Made by a program: the position numbers and the translations under genes
Assembly: GCF_006345805.1 (NCBI RefSeq)
Contig: NC_043010.1
Location: forward strand, 47,740,001-47,804,000
From: Octopus sinensis
Taxonomy: Eukaryota
DNA: 64,000 nucleotides
Direction: 5' to 3'
Notes under the pieces: model-generated
Seen by the model: the letters and a program-made list of their open reading frames with translations, nothing else
Told to the model about the DNA's origin: nothing
Databases searched by the model: none
In this document: positions 50,963 through 64,000 of the stretch, piece after piece
Layout of the letters: each line of letters begins with the position of its first letter
Numbering within the stretch: the first letter of the stretch is position 1

Positions 50963-52994
50963 GTGAGTTGAACCAAATGATTTTATTTTATTTGTTCATT
51001 TTTAACATCCCAAGTACAAGAAAAGAAATTACGTAATATATTTTAGTGCTTATTTTATATTTACATCATGGAAAAGTCATGAGAGCTTTAAAAACTCACA
51101 TAAACCTTTATTTACTTTCCATTTTATTTTGTGATAGTATATACTGTGTGTCATTTTGTTCCCCATCGTCAGCATCATATAATAGCCATGTTCCATGTTG
51201 GCATGGTTTGAGAAGATCTGACGGGGCCCAAGGGTTACATAATGCTCCAGTGTCTGCTTTGACATAATTTTTATTGGTGGATGCCTTTCCTAACAACCAG
51301 TCACTTTACAGTGATACTGGATGTTTTTTCTCATGACACCAGCACTTGTGTAGTCACTGTGCAGCTTTCAAGACTATGAACCCTCAGGGACCAATTTTAT
51401 GCTCGAAGTTGAGGAATGAAGAACGGTAAGGTTTAAGAAAAAAAGGGCTGAAGCAGGTTTCTTGTTGTAGAGGAGCTACATAGCTACTCACAGTTTAGAA
51501 GAGTGTGTGGAGCTGGAAAACAGTAAAAATAGTGGGGGTGAGATGTCTGGATGGATCTTCAAGGTACAAAGTGGGCAGGAATGAGTGAGGTGGGGAGTAG
51601 GAAATGGAGTGTATCCCAAGTTATTTGCCAAACAAGTACAGCTTGTATAGTTTATATTTCTAATCTAAATTATGGATATAAATATAAAAGGGAAACAGTG
51701 TTGCCTGTATCTGCATCTTTATTCTTCAGTTCTGTCATTGATTTAACATTTTCATTACCTTATTTCTTTCTAATAAAACTGCCTTAGTACTTCATTTAAA
51801 TTTCTAACCAATCAAGAATTTGGAATAGTTTACTAAAAATTACTGTAACCTTTGTATTCATTGGTATTGTTTAGGACAGATTTTATTTTGTACAATTGTT
51901 AACTGTGACCAGCCTGTATGACAAAAGAATGTTATATTGTATAAAAGCTTCTATTTCAGTGTCATAAAAATATTAGAAAATCCTTTTGATACCAACCTGC
52001 CTGAGACCAATCCTTATCCTATAATACAAAACCTATAACATTAAAATTTTCATATGAGAACCTTCTATTGTAATTTTATGTTAGCACCTTTTGTAATGTT
52101 TCAGATACCATCTTCATCATCATCATCATCATCGTTTAACGTCCGCTTTCCATGCTAGCATGGGTTGGACGGTTCAACTGGGGTCTGGCAAGCCCGAAGG
52201 CTGCACCAGGCCAGTCAGATCTGGCAGTGTTTCTACAGCTGGATGCCCTTCCTAACGCCAACCACTCCGAGAGTGTAGTGGGTGATTTATGTGCCACCGA
52301 CACAGGTGCCAGACGAGTGGCACATGGCACATAAAATCACCCACTACACTCTCGGAGTGGTTTTAATGGAAAAAAAATCAGTTGTTTTACTAAAACCTTC
52401 CAAATTCTGAATTATTTTCAAAATATATTGAAATACATAGACTGTGTTTCATTAGAAATGTGATGATGAAAGAGTTAAGCAGAACAGATTCATTTATAGT
52501 TATATTAAGACACGAAGACATGGTCAATTACAATTACACAGCAGTGGATTAATCCTTTAGCCTTTTAACTACTCATACCCAGCCCAAATATTGGGCATAT
52601 TTTATGTACAAAATGGATAGATCTGGTCTCTCATACCTATCCAACAATACCATTCTTAGAATAAATAATTACACCATCAAAATCTTGAAGCTATGAGATA
52701 AAGCATGATTAATTCAGAATAATGTGAATAAATAAGCATTACATTTGAAGGAGTGATCTGAATGTTAAAGGGTTAAGGATTGAAGATTTTTAATAAAAGA
52801 AGTGTCTATCAATGAAGCTGATGGCCAACTTTAAGATAGCCTTTTCTCAAGGGGCTCAGTTTTCATCCCATCTTAGGCATCACATTACATCTCTGAGCAA
52901 ACCCTTAACTTGCAAGAAAATTAAGTCTTGCTCTCAATCAAGAAATCTTATTTGTGCTTTGTGTAAAACTTTTCTCTTGTGTTTCTAATTCCAG

Positions 52995-53039
52995 TATCCA
53001 ATGTACAGTCGAGAATATGTATACAGAAGAAGATTCAAT
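52995..53039 (+). CDS. STARD7: STARD7 exon 6 (YPMYSREYVYRRRFN)
   Basis: attccag/GTAAGT, 45 nt. Matches START-domain YPMYSRDYVYVRR. Confidence 0.95.
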
Positions 53040-54678
53040 GTAAGTTAACTCTTCATTTTTACATCTTTTGCACATGTGTTCATTGAAAAAAAAATATTTG
53101 AATTTTATTAGCGTATTTGAAGGCATAATAAATACCCCACCGATTTCAGCAGTGCATATTCAGATCAAAGTGAATATCAGGGACAAAATTAGTATATGGG
53201 AGACCCAAATTTTCATATAGGATCTGGGGTGGGTTTTTTTTTTTTTTTTTTTTTTTTTTTGCGATATTTTTCTGAAAACCTGCTGCAGTTTCCCAGCTTC
53301 CCACCTCTGGTCAAACCATCCAGCCTATGCCGGTATGGAAAATGGATGCTAAAGGATGGTTATGTTAGCAAGCTATCCCTAATGGATCTGCTACTTGGTC
53401 TCCCTTCATCTCATTCACCAAACTTGAAACTAACCTTGATAATTGACTGGTATTATTTTATGTAGTTTCTCACTATCCCACTCGTAATCCTCTTATAATA
53501 ACTCTTCTATGGATCTTTCTTTTCATTGTCACTAACGGAAGCGCACTAAAGTTATTTCTTGTTCCTGATGACATCCTGAGTCATAATTTATTACTTTTGA
53601 ATTCTCTTGTCTCCTGTTTTTACTTGTGTAAAATTTTACTCTCAGCTCCTCTTCCTACCAGCAAGCAGTAAAGATACAGCTCTGCTGGCTTCTGTTCACT
53701 TCTATCCCAATGTAGAAGTTACCCATATTTCTGGCTCAAACTTTTGCTGAACAAGTTGTTTAACAATTTAATATTCAGATTACTCTGCTGCAAAACATAA
53801 TCATCCATTATCTTGTAGCTTTGAGATTTTGATTATTTATTTTTAGAGTGATTGTAGGATACATGTTAGAGGCTGGATCTCGCCAAGTTAAATATAAAAC
53901 TGGTAGAATATCTGGATTGGATATGACTGGTTTAAATGCTAAAGGGTTAATCCCATGCTAGCTCTGATTGAGAAGGCTTACAATCAAATGCATTTCAATC
54001 ATGACCATCTCCTCTTTTTTTCTACAAGTGGCATATTTTGGACCATATTATCCACTGTGTCCTTCTTTTTTTTAATGATAATTATGATGTATAATATAGC
54101 TTTAATGTACAAAATACTGTATAAGTTAGGGATGCAATTCAAGCTGATCTGGGTATGGTCATGTTCTTAAGGTATTCACTTCACAATCACATAGGTTTTT
54201 TGATTTGATATATGTGACACTCTAGGCATTTGTCTTCTGCTATAGTCTGGGGTTAACTAATGCTTTGTGAACCAAACTGGATAAATGAAAATTGTGCAGA
54301 AGACTATCAAATGGACTACAATCTGTTCTTAATGAATAGATTTCATCCACTGCCCAGTTTAACACTGCCAAATGCTTAAAACAATGAAATCTGCTAAATC
54401 CACCCAAAGGCCAAAAAAAGATTAAACTATAGTTTTTTTTTTTTTCATATATCTCAGGGACCTGCCAAAAGTCATAGGTGCTTCCCTTCCCTGTTCTGAT
54501 GAATCCATAAAATCTTAAAAAGTGGGATTCAAGTTCTTATTTTGTCTACTACTTATTTAAATTCTCTTACTTCACCTTACAGCTCCCATGCAGAAAAAAA
54601 AGGAAAATGCTTGAAACTTTAAGTAAATTGTCTTCCAAAATGATTTTCACCTTTTTTTATGATTGGTTTGTTTTTCAG

Positions 54679-54816
54679 ATTGATGAAGAAAACAAACTGA
54701 TGGTGATGACTTCCTACTCTGTGTATCATCCGCGCTGTCCTCTGAACTCTGATTTTGTCCGTGTCAACGATTACACTTCAAAGATGGTTGTTAAGCCCCA
54801 CTCTAACTTCAATGAC
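54679..54816 (+). CDS. STARD7: STARD7 exon 7 (IDEENKLMVMTSYSVYHPRCPLNSDFVRVNDYTSKMVVKPHSNFND)
   Basis: ttttcag/GTAACC, 138 nt. Resembles VDQENNMMVLVSRAVEHP...FVRVRSYESQMVIRPH. Confidence 0.95.
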
Positions 54817-55033
54817 GTAACCATCCTGTTTTTATTCATTAGTACTTTCTGTATTGTTAAATGTTCATATGCACGGTAATGTAGATGTGTGAGAATGGAT
54901 AAAGAGAGAGAGAAAACAGCAAAAAATTTATTCTTGTGTGAAAACTTTCAAAATCTTTTTTGTTCTTGTTTTCATCTTTACACCTGCAATGTTTTTTTAA
55001 AAACTTGTATGAGCAAGTTTGTGTAGTAATTCC

Positions 55034-55064
<31 letters not shown>

Positions 55065-55155
55065 ATTTATATTTGGATGAAGTTAAAATAAATATCGATG
55101 AATACTTTCCTATTCATATAACTGTCAATTTTAATATCTATTTTATCTTCTTCAG

Positions 55156-55240
55156 AATGGTTTTGATTATGTGCTAACTTATTCTGATGACCCACAAGCT
55201 GCCTTCCCAATGTTTGCCTACAACTGGATGGCTACTACTG
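55156..55240 (+). CDS. STARD7: STARD7 exon 8 (NGFDYVLTYSDDPQAAFPMFAYNWMATT)
   Basis: cttcag/GTATAT, 85 nt. Resembles NGFDYLLTYSDNPQTVFP. Confidence 0.95.
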
Positions 55241-55338
55241 GTATATAAAGATTTTTCTCTCTTCGACTCATACAATGCTTCTGATGACACTTGTATTGAC
55301 ATCTTCATCTTCATCGCTTTACAAAATGTTTTAACATT

Positions 55339-56173
55339 TAACCCTTCAGTATTTAAACAGGCCGTATCTAGCCTAAATATTCTACTGTTTATATTCAAAG
55401 TAGCCAGATCTAACCTCTCACACCAACCCTGCAATATTGTTCTAAAAATGAACAGTTACCTCATCAAAATCTCAAAGCTACAAGATAATGCAAGATTATT
55501 CTGTCTAACCCTTCAGTATTTAAATAGGCCCTATCTGGCCTAAATATTCTACTGTTTATATTCAAAGTAGCCAGATCTAACCTCTCACACCAACCCTGCA
55601 ATATTGTTCTAAAAATGAACAGTTACCTCATCAAAATCTCAAAGCTACAAGATAATGCAAGATTATTCTGTCTAACCCTTCAGTATTTAAACAGGCCCTA
55701 TCTGGCCTAAATATTCTACTGTTTATATTCAAAGTAGCCAGATCTAACCTCTCACACCAACCCTGCAATATTGTTCTAAAAATGAACAGTTACCTCATCA
55801 AAATCTCAAAGCTACAAGATAATGCAAGATTATTCTGTCTAACCCTTCAGTATTTAAACAGGCCCTATCTGGCCTAAATATTCTACTGTTTATATTCAAA
55901 GTAGCCAGATCTAACCTCTCACACCAACCCTGCAATATTGTTCTAAAAATGAACAGTTACCTCATCAAAATCTCAAAGCTACAAGATAATGCAAGATTAT
56001 TCTGTCTAACCCTTCAGTATTTAAACAGGCCCTATCTGGCCTAAATATTCTACTGTTTATATTCAAAGTAGCCAGATCTAACCTCTCACACCAACCCTGC
56101 AATATTGTTCTAAAAATGAACAGTTACCTCATCAAAATCTCAAAGCTACAAGATAATGCAAGATTATTCTGTC
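55339..56173. repeat. 5 x 167-bp near-identical tandem array derived from the piggyBac-type MITE, in the last STARD7 intron
   Basis: TAACCCTTCAG at 55339, 55506, 55673, 55840 and 56007. Confidence 0.95.
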
Positions 56174-56518
56174 TTTATTCACATAAAGTTACATATCAAA
56201 ATCTCAGGGCTGTAAGATAACACATGATTAATTCAAGTATGAAAAATAGCTAATATTTCCTTCTTCAGATCATGAGCAGGTGTAGTTGCAGAGCATCATA
56301 GCTATGAAAGGGATTCTTTGGGGTTTGAATAAATGTAAGAAAAGCAAAGTTTGAAGGAACTATTAGCCATTTTCCATATTTTCTAGGAGTAAGCAAATAG
56401 GAAATAACAATAGCTACCCAAGGACAAAAGTCATGTTACACAGTGTAATTTAATTAACAGGTTATTTTCTTTTTCTGTTTTTTTTTTGCTCATATGTTTT
56501 CCTCTTCTTGTTATCCAG

Positions 56519-56655
56519 GAGTTCCTGAGTTTGTTGAAAAACTACACCAAGCTGCAAAGAAACTTCATAAAAATGGAAATTACGATAAAACCTTTGTACC
56601 AGATTCCTGTTCTGTTGATACAAACCAGTACAGTCGTATCTCTAGCTACTGTTGA
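56519..56655 (+). CDS. STARD7: STARD7 exon 9, terminal (GVPEFVEKLHQAAKKL...RISSYC*)
   Basis: ttatccag acceptor, TGA at 56653-56655. Resembles GMPDFLEKLHMA. Total CDS 1146 nt = 381 aa. Confidence 0.92.
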
Positions 56656-57355
56656 GCTGATAGTCTTAGCTTTGTTTTCCTCTTTCCTTTCCCCTTCTAT
56701 CCTCCTCAACAATCAATTAACAATTTTGGATTTTCCAAATGATGTGGTAGTCAAGTCTACTAAGTAGATGGTTTACTTTACTTCAAAGATGGCAATCATT
56801 TCAGAAGATTACGTCTTCTTTGTCTTTCTTTAATGGTCTTTCCCTCAGTCTGATCAACTCCTCTTTTTCTGAGCTTCTTTCTCCTCTTTAGTCATCCTAT
56901 AAAACAAAATATGTTTATAAATTAGTTGGAGGAGGAGGGACAGTGCCCATTATAACTGTAGGTTCTCTCAGATTTGTGAGATTGATGCTATTGGTTTTTT
57001 TTTTTTTCATATGCCAAATAGAGTTTTTACCAGTTCTATTTGAAAGGAATTTTTCTTGTTATATTTGCAAGCTGTAACAAAGGGAGGATTATTTTGGCAT
57101 TTTTTAAATGGGTTTTTGGTTGTTGTTTATTTTTTTCATCTAAATCATGAATTTATGAGAAACAACAAAATCTGCTTAAAAAATATGCCATTTCTCATTA
57201 CAAAATTTTTTTTTGTTCAATTCTTTTTGGTTTCAAAAAATAGCTGAAGAGGACAACTGGTCATGTGCTTGCATGTTGTGATAAATATATGTGTATTTTA
57301 TTTTGCAAACCATTATCTTTTTGTATTTTTGTTTTGTTTTGTTTTTTTTTAAATG

Positions 57356-57361
57356 AATAAA
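57356..57361 (+). terminator. Candidate STARD7 polyadenylation signal
   Basis: AATAAA about 700 nt after the stop codon. Position only, no transcript evidence. Confidence 0.3.
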
Positions 57362-58370
57362 CTATAACAGATAAAAAATTTTTTTTTTTAAATAAGTTTC
57401 ATTCTAATTCATAAATGCTTCAAGATCCATAAAGTCTAAAGCAAGTTCCTTGTGAGCCAAATAGTTTTGTTTTCATTGATAGTTATAACTTGTTTTTTTC
57501 TTTTCATTTACTTGCCTATGCTTTTGGAAACACAATGATTGTCACATCTCCGGTTTCTTATTTTGAAGAACATAGGGGTTCTGGAGAAAGTGCAAGTGGG
57601 ATGACATGGTATTTGACTACTAGAACATACAACGTGTGAAGTTCAAATCTGCTACAAGCATTTCATTGTGTATATTTATCAGTGCCCTCGATTTTATTCA
57701 CCTCAGTTCATCTGGTTGTAAACAGTCTACTTGGGAATTGCAGTTACCTGCAGTTGATTGGCAAGCTGTCCTGAGTAATGCTTGTCTCTTTCACTTGATT
57801 GTATAAAACCAGAGGAGATACACATGGGCACTGATTTTCAAAAATTGCTTGTGGCTTTTTGAGTCATTTACATTTTCTGGAGAAAACAGTGGAAGATTGA
57901 CTCTGTTAAAAACACAGCAAAGTATGTTAATTAGATAAAAATTAATTATAAACTTCAGTCAGTGCCTTGACCACATTTAACTGCTGCTATTCCTCATTTT
58001 CTTTTTGTTTGGGTTTTTTTTTTTTTCTTTTTTATGCTCCTATTATTACAACAAAATTTCTTCTCTTTAAAGTATCTCCATAATCTGTTGGAGATTCTTT
58101 TGTTTGTAATGAATATAATGAAATGTAAAGTACTGTATGCATGCTTTAGTGTGTAAGTTTAAATTCAGTTCTCAAATAGGATAACCCTCTTTGCAGAATA
58201 AGTATAAACATAGAATTGATGAAGTGGTGAGACCATGCATAGAGTGAACCAGACAACTAAGAACAGAACAAAATGCAAGTTAAAATGAATGACACCAAAC
58301 AGGAAAATAAAATAACATACTCCCAGAAAAATAGCACCTGTGTCCAACTTAGGTATATCAAAGAAACAGG

Positions 58371-58950
58371 TCATTTATTAAAACTACCCTTGACACTAAT
58401 GTAGTCATGGCAGTAACTACATTCTAGGATCATGCATCTCCTGCACAAACTGCCCACCATTCCTACAGTGGCAACTGATACCATTGGTTGCCTGCCTACT
58501 GTCTCTAACAATGCTCCAGATACAGTAGTCAAAACAGCTAGAAGACCATGTGGTTTTGGTTGTGAAGGTAGAGTTGCATAACCAGAGTTCACTCAAGTCT
58601 TTGCTAGACATGAACTGCTCTTTTCTTATAGGACTTGTATAGGGTGTCTTTGTGCACCACACATCAGATAGTGAACTTTGCCACTTTGAAACGTTCACCA
58701 ATGGACCTTATTTGATTCACTGGGATGATTGGTAATGTTCTTATTCTGCTGGACAAGCTTGGTTGTCCTGGTGATGTCTGACTGCTGAGAATCTTTCTTT
58801 CCCTTGGTTATGGATGACATCCATGCATGAGGTCTCTGGCTCTTTCCCAATGCTGAGCTTAAGACAGCTTTGTTCAAGAAGTTGACAGTCTTGGAACTGC
58901 TATATTTTGCAAGTTCCTTTTATTTCCTCTGTCAGATTGGAATCTGCCAT
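58371..58950 (-). mobile_element. Heavily decayed, internally deleted maT transposase
   Basis: MADSNLTEEI...ITRTTKLVQQ...IRSIGERFKVAKFTI*CVVHKDTLYKSY...FDYCIWSIV...KGSFNK* aligns by eye, across frameshifts, with the 14214-15344 copy. Confidence 0.75.
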
Positions 58951-61900
58951 GTTGATACTATTGAAATGTCTAAAAGAGGTACAAGAAAGTTACAATTTGG
59001 TGTATACTGCAAAACTATGTTAGTTTGTCCTCTGTTTATGACCTGCTAAAATTGTATTCACAAATACCTAGGCTACCCTGAAAAGTGACATTCTGAAACT
59101 ACTGTGTATGTGTGTCAGTCGTTTTTAAGTTGTCAACCAATGTTGCTCTTTATCCACTTAACTCTCACTACTTCTGCATGCCTAGATATTAATAGGCACT
59201 ACAAGGATGATATAGTTTGTCATTAGTTGAAGATTGCTTTGTTAGAAAGAATTCACATCTTTAGGGAATGAGAAGGACTCTGCAAATCTTTATTAATTTC
59301 AATAAACATTAAAGATCTAATTATAGGGGTAGTTGTTTTTTTTTGGGGGGGGGGTTATCAGGTTTTATTCTTCTAAATGCATTGTGAGTGAAATTAATTT
59401 CATGAAATGTAACTCTGTATCAAACTCTTAACTGCTCTATCTGTTGATTTGTGAAAAGCCCATATTAAGTACATTTGGTAAATTCTGTCTAGTTTCCTGG
59501 AAGTAAGAAAAAATTAAACCCTCAATAAAAGTTTGAAACCTGGAATTTCTGGTTAAAGCTATATCCATTTACTTCGTTAATACATTCATATAAATAGCAA
59601 GAAGTATGAAAGTCACACTCCAGTTTCCTCTCATACAATTCTCAAAGCTTATCATTCAACAATGGTTAATTATAAATGGTTGGCAGTAAATGCAAGCATT
59701 TGTTCATTACATTTTTTATATCTCATTTAATATACAAAGGAGCTACTAAATAGTTTCATGCTTTAGGATAAATTAAATTGGCAGGCTTATATAACATGCT
59801 ATGTATCTCCAAGCAATCTTTCAGGCTCAAATCATAACATTGGATGTATTTATAAACCTATAATGGAACTGTAAAACATATATATATATATATCATGCTA
59901 TTAGAATTATAGAAATCTTTAAGATAAATAAGGCGGTGAGCTGGCAGAAGCGTTAGCACGCTGGGCGAAATGCTTTGCAGTATTTTCTCTGCCGTTACAT
60001 TGAGTTCAAATTCCGCCAAGGTTGACTTTGCCTTTCATCCTTTCGGGGTCGATAAATTAAGTACCAATTACACACTGGGGTTGATGTAATCGACTTAATC
60101 TCTTTGTCTTTCCTTGTTTGTCCCCTCTGTGTTTAGCTCCTTGTGGGCAATAAGGAAATAAGAAATCGTTAGGATAAATTGGTATATTTAGAATTTTCTT
60201 TGGTAAAACTCTAGGGAAAAGTAAGTTAAATTCTATTTGGTATTGTTGATCCTGAGATGCTTTGAAGAGATATTCCTATGCATAATAGCTAATGCAAACT
60301 TCGGATGAGAACCATTTAAAACTTTAGTGTTTACTGATTAGCCAGTGATGAGACCTCTCTTTGGTTAGGCTGCTACATGTCAAAACCAAATTTCCTTAAA
60401 ACTACATTTAAGTCTTGGATAATGTCCAAGGTACACTATTCCAGAAAGAGTAGAGAATGTTTTTTGATTATAGGTCATCTGTGTGTTCTTTTAGCTGACT
60501 AAAATGTTGATGGTACAATAGCTGAATAGTAGAAATGTCAATCTGCTGCTGGTTCATTTATTCTAGTTTAGACCTTTTTATGTAACATCATGTAGTTGAT
60601 AGGCCTTCTCTGAAATTCTTGAGTAAGAGAAGTGCCAAAAGTGGAAAACACCAGAAAGCACTTATCAGGCTCATTTAAACCAGCCAGAATATTCTATGTT
60701 TTATGTTCAAATCAGCTAGATTCTGGCCTCTCACACCTACCCTATAATGTTGTTATAAAAATAAAGCAATGACATCATTATGATCTCAGAACAAGGTGAT
60801 GCAGGATTAATTCAATATATTTTAACCTTTTAGCATTCAGATTCCTCCAAGTTAAATGTAATTTTTTTTTTCTCTGAGATGAAAAATAACTGTGTATATT
60901 TATATATATATAGAGAGAGAGGTGGGGTAGACACAGGTATGACTGTGTAGTTAAGCCGCTCACTTTGCAACCAGGTAGTTTTGGGGTTCAGTCCTGCTCT
61001 GTAGCAGTTTGGGCCAGTGTCTTCTACTATAGCCAAGTCAGCCAAAGCCTTGTGAGTGTGTTTATGTCTCCATAATTTGGCAGTTCAGCAAAAGAGACTT
61101 TAAAATAAAACTCACTCAAATGGTGCCCCAGCTTGGCCAGTTGAATGACAATAAAAGATGTTTCAGACATGGTACTTTTCCATGTAAAGTTGGATTTTAT
61201 TTGCTATTGTTGATCCTGAGATGCTTTGAAGAGATATTTCTATGAATAATAGCTAATGCAAACTTGGGATGAGAACCATATAAAACTTTAATGTATACTG
61301 ATTAGCTATTGATGAGACCTCTCTTTGGTTGAGCTATTTACATGTCAAAGCCAAATTTCCTTCAAACTACATTTAAGTCTTGGATAATGGATGTCATTCC
61401 AACTTCTCAGTTTAATGGTTGGTATATATGTATTCCAACCATTCTGAAAAATCTCTGATGTAACACAAAAACTTTGGCTGACCTGGACTTGGCTCGTACC
61501 AAATTTACTCCCTTCACAGAAAATTTTCTATATATATATATACACACATTCACATGCGCTCACCCTCATACATAAACCATTCTTACATATGTGCACCCAA
61601 GTTTGGCCAGGACACCATTATTATCTCCCTTTCACTCACCCTCTTCTTCCAGTCATTTAATCATGTTGAACCATTAATCCCTACACATTTTCTCAACCCT
61701 TTCTCTCAAAGACCATAGGCTCAAAACATCAAGGTCTTTTCCATTCTTCTGATACACCTGCTTGTTGTTCTTTCACCTGTCTTCGTTTTTTTGTTTTCTG
61801 TAAACTAATATATATATATATAAATGAGACTCCACGTACGACATATCCCTATAATTCACATATGTAAAACAGAAGGAAGAAATAACAAAAGCAGTCTAAT

Positions 61901-61994
61901 GGTTATATATGTATAAAATATGGTGTTTTCTGAAAATAAATTGATTATGTGTTATAGATTTGGTCCCATCTCTAGGTTGTCTCATATTATAGAT

Positions 61995-62070
61995 GGAAAT
62001 ATGCAATCATTCTGAAATCCAAAACACTTCTGGTGCCTAGCATTTCCAATAAAGGATTATCAACTCTTAT
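61995..62070 (-). mobile_element. Tigger/pogo-type MITE end fragment
   Basis: GAGTTGATAATCCTTTATTGGAAATGCTAGGCACCAGAAGTGTTTTGGATTTCAGA resembles Tigger-like terminal sequence (recalled, not searched). Confidence 0.45.
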
Positions 62071-62609
62071 GTTGCAATTTTTCTTAAGAATCTTGCTACT
62101 AGATTCTTGGGTAGAAGATAGATGGATGTCGTTCCAACTTCTCAGTTTAATAGATAGTATATATGTATTCCAACCATTCTGAAGAATTTCTGGTGTAACA
62201 TTGCTTGACAGGGTGCTTACCTTAGAGATCAAGGAGTCTCTCTCCAAGTCAAGCCACTACTTCGCCACATTGGGAGATCAAAGTTCCTATACTATAGATG
62301 TGATTAGAATTCCACAGGAAAGAATCACATCTCCTGAAAGATTCAAGCTGAACCAACCAGCAAGAGGCATAGGGGCTGACCATGAATGAGATGATTGGAT
62401 ATTATCCATAGTCTCAGATGGTTGTGCTTGGGAATCAAACTGCAAAATGTAATGATGGTTGCTTCTGATAGGACCCTGTGGGGATGACCTCCAGGATCAA
62501 GTATTTCAGTAATTATGCCATGAGTGTTAAATTCTGTGAGTTATGGTCTGTGACTTTATGTTGTTTTGTTTGAAATGATTACATTTCGTTTGCATTAATA
62601 CTTTTGTCA

Positions 62610-63470
62610 AGGTGGCAAGCTGGCAGAAACATTAGCACGCCGGGTGAAATGCTTAGCAGTATTTCGTCTGCCATTATGTTCTGATTTCAAATTCCACCGA
62701 GGTCAACTTTGCTTTTCATCCTTTCGGGGTCAATAAATTAAGTACCAGTTACATACTGGGGTCGATGTAATCGACTTAATTCCTTTGTCTGTCCTTGTTT
62801 GTCCCCTCTATGTTTAGCCCCTTGTGGGCAATAAAGAAATAAGAAATGTTAGTACGCCAGGCAAAATGCTTAGCAGTATTTCGTCTGCCATTATGTTCTG
62901 AGTTCAAATTCCACCAGGGTCGACTTTGCCTTTCATCCTTTTGGGGTCAATAAATTAAGTGCCAATTGCATACTGGGGTCGATCTAATCGACTGGCCCCC
63001 TCCCCCAAAAGTTTGTGGCTTGTGCCTTGAGTAGAAAAGTTTATTAATACTTTTGTCAAGGCAGCTAGCTGGCAGAATCATTAGCACACCAGGTGAAATA
63101 CTTAATGGTATTTCATCTGCTGCTATATTCTGAGTTCAAATTCCGCCAAGGTTGACTTTGCCGTTCCTCCTTTTGGGGTCAATTAAATAAGTACTAGTTA
63201 TGCACTGGGGTTGATGTAATCAACTCATCCCCACCTCCCCAAGCTGTGAAATAATTATTAATGCTTTTGTGAAGTCAGCTGGTAGAATCGTTAGTACACC
63301 AGACAAAGTGCTTAGTGGTATTTCATGTTCTGAGTTCCAATTTCGCCAAGGTCAACATTGCTTTCATCCTTCCAAGGGTCAATAAAGTGAGTACCAGTTG
63401 AGCACTGGGGTCGATGTAATCAATTTACCCCCTCCCCCAGGCTTCCTGGCCTTGTGCCAAAATTTGAAAC
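62610..63470 (+). repeat. Cluster of 4 head-to-tail Meta-SINE copies
   Basis: Repeated head/B-box/Meta modules with two alternative tails. Confidence 0.8.
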
Positions 63471-64000
63471 CATTCTCAATGTTTTTGTGAAAAGTATGAA
63501 TGTCACAACTTCCTATGTACCCCCCCCCCACACTTTTTCTCTCACCATAAAAAATACTTTTAGGGGTACTAAACCTACATTAAAAAAATAAATTATATTA
63601 GTTAACCCTAAGCGTTACATGAAAATGAAATTTGTTGTGCTTTAACCAAAGATTTTCCTTGGTAAGAAAGAAAAGAGGAAAATTTTCAGAGCTTTCATTG
63701 TATTGAAATATTTTGTTTCTGTTTGAATTGTTATAAGACTAAGGTCTGAAAAATGCATGGTTAATTCTGCTGTAAAAAAATATCATTTATTAGATAAACT
63801 TAACTTAGGTTATAATTTTACTTGTAACAGGTAAAATTGTATCAAGTATAGTTTGCTGAAAAATATATCAAGAAATGTTATTAAATAAATGACAAGCTTA
63901 TGATATGTCAGTAAAAGTTTCTTGATGGAAAATATTAAGTGCTGAGTTTTCTAATTTGAATTCTATAAGAGAACAATTTACAGTTCACTGCTGGAATAAA

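Noticed and set aside
56800-56896. In-frame TGA (GA TGA CTA AAG...) as selenocysteine in a minus-strand exon
   Set aside because: No redox motif, no recognisable selenoprotein family, no SECIS seen, and no upstream coding exon.
60340-61345. TGATGA-GACC...GGTT motifs at about 60345 and 61310 as hammerheads
   Set aside because: They lack the C of CUGANGA, the GAAA core and a stem I.

Overview
AT-rich, repeat-dense eukaryotic genomic DNA. The SINE, MITE and microsatellite content suggests a coleoid cephalopod, most likely Octopus (inference). Two divergent multi-exon genes were assembled by hand from GT-AG splice sites and frame continuity. (1) CFAP43/WDR96 on the minus strand: 12 coding exons, ATG at 29677, about 501 codons in the window, continuing off the left edge, with an RFX X-box/forkhead cluster upstream. 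(2) A complete STARD7 on the plus strand: 9 coding exons, 40367-56655, 381 aa. A tRNA-Ser(GCT) gene lies between them. The rest is mostly transposon debris: tRNA-derived SINEs (Meta-domain and CORE-like), RTE, CR1, R4/Dong-like and CRE-like LINE remnants, a decayed Penelope RT/GIY-YIG ORF, three maT (DD37D) and two mariner remnants, Helitrons, piggyBac-type MITEs and a GG...CC MITE carrying telomere-like repeats. The strongest unexplained signal is a (TA)n-embedded fold-back element in a CFAP43 intron (18268-19110). Each of its two inverted arms carries a complete minimal type I hammerhead ribozyme with a palindromic stem III, as in Penelope pseudo-LTRs/retrozymes. A related fold-back element with the same terminus sits at 11539-11895. 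No homology searches were run; family calls rest on recalled motifs.
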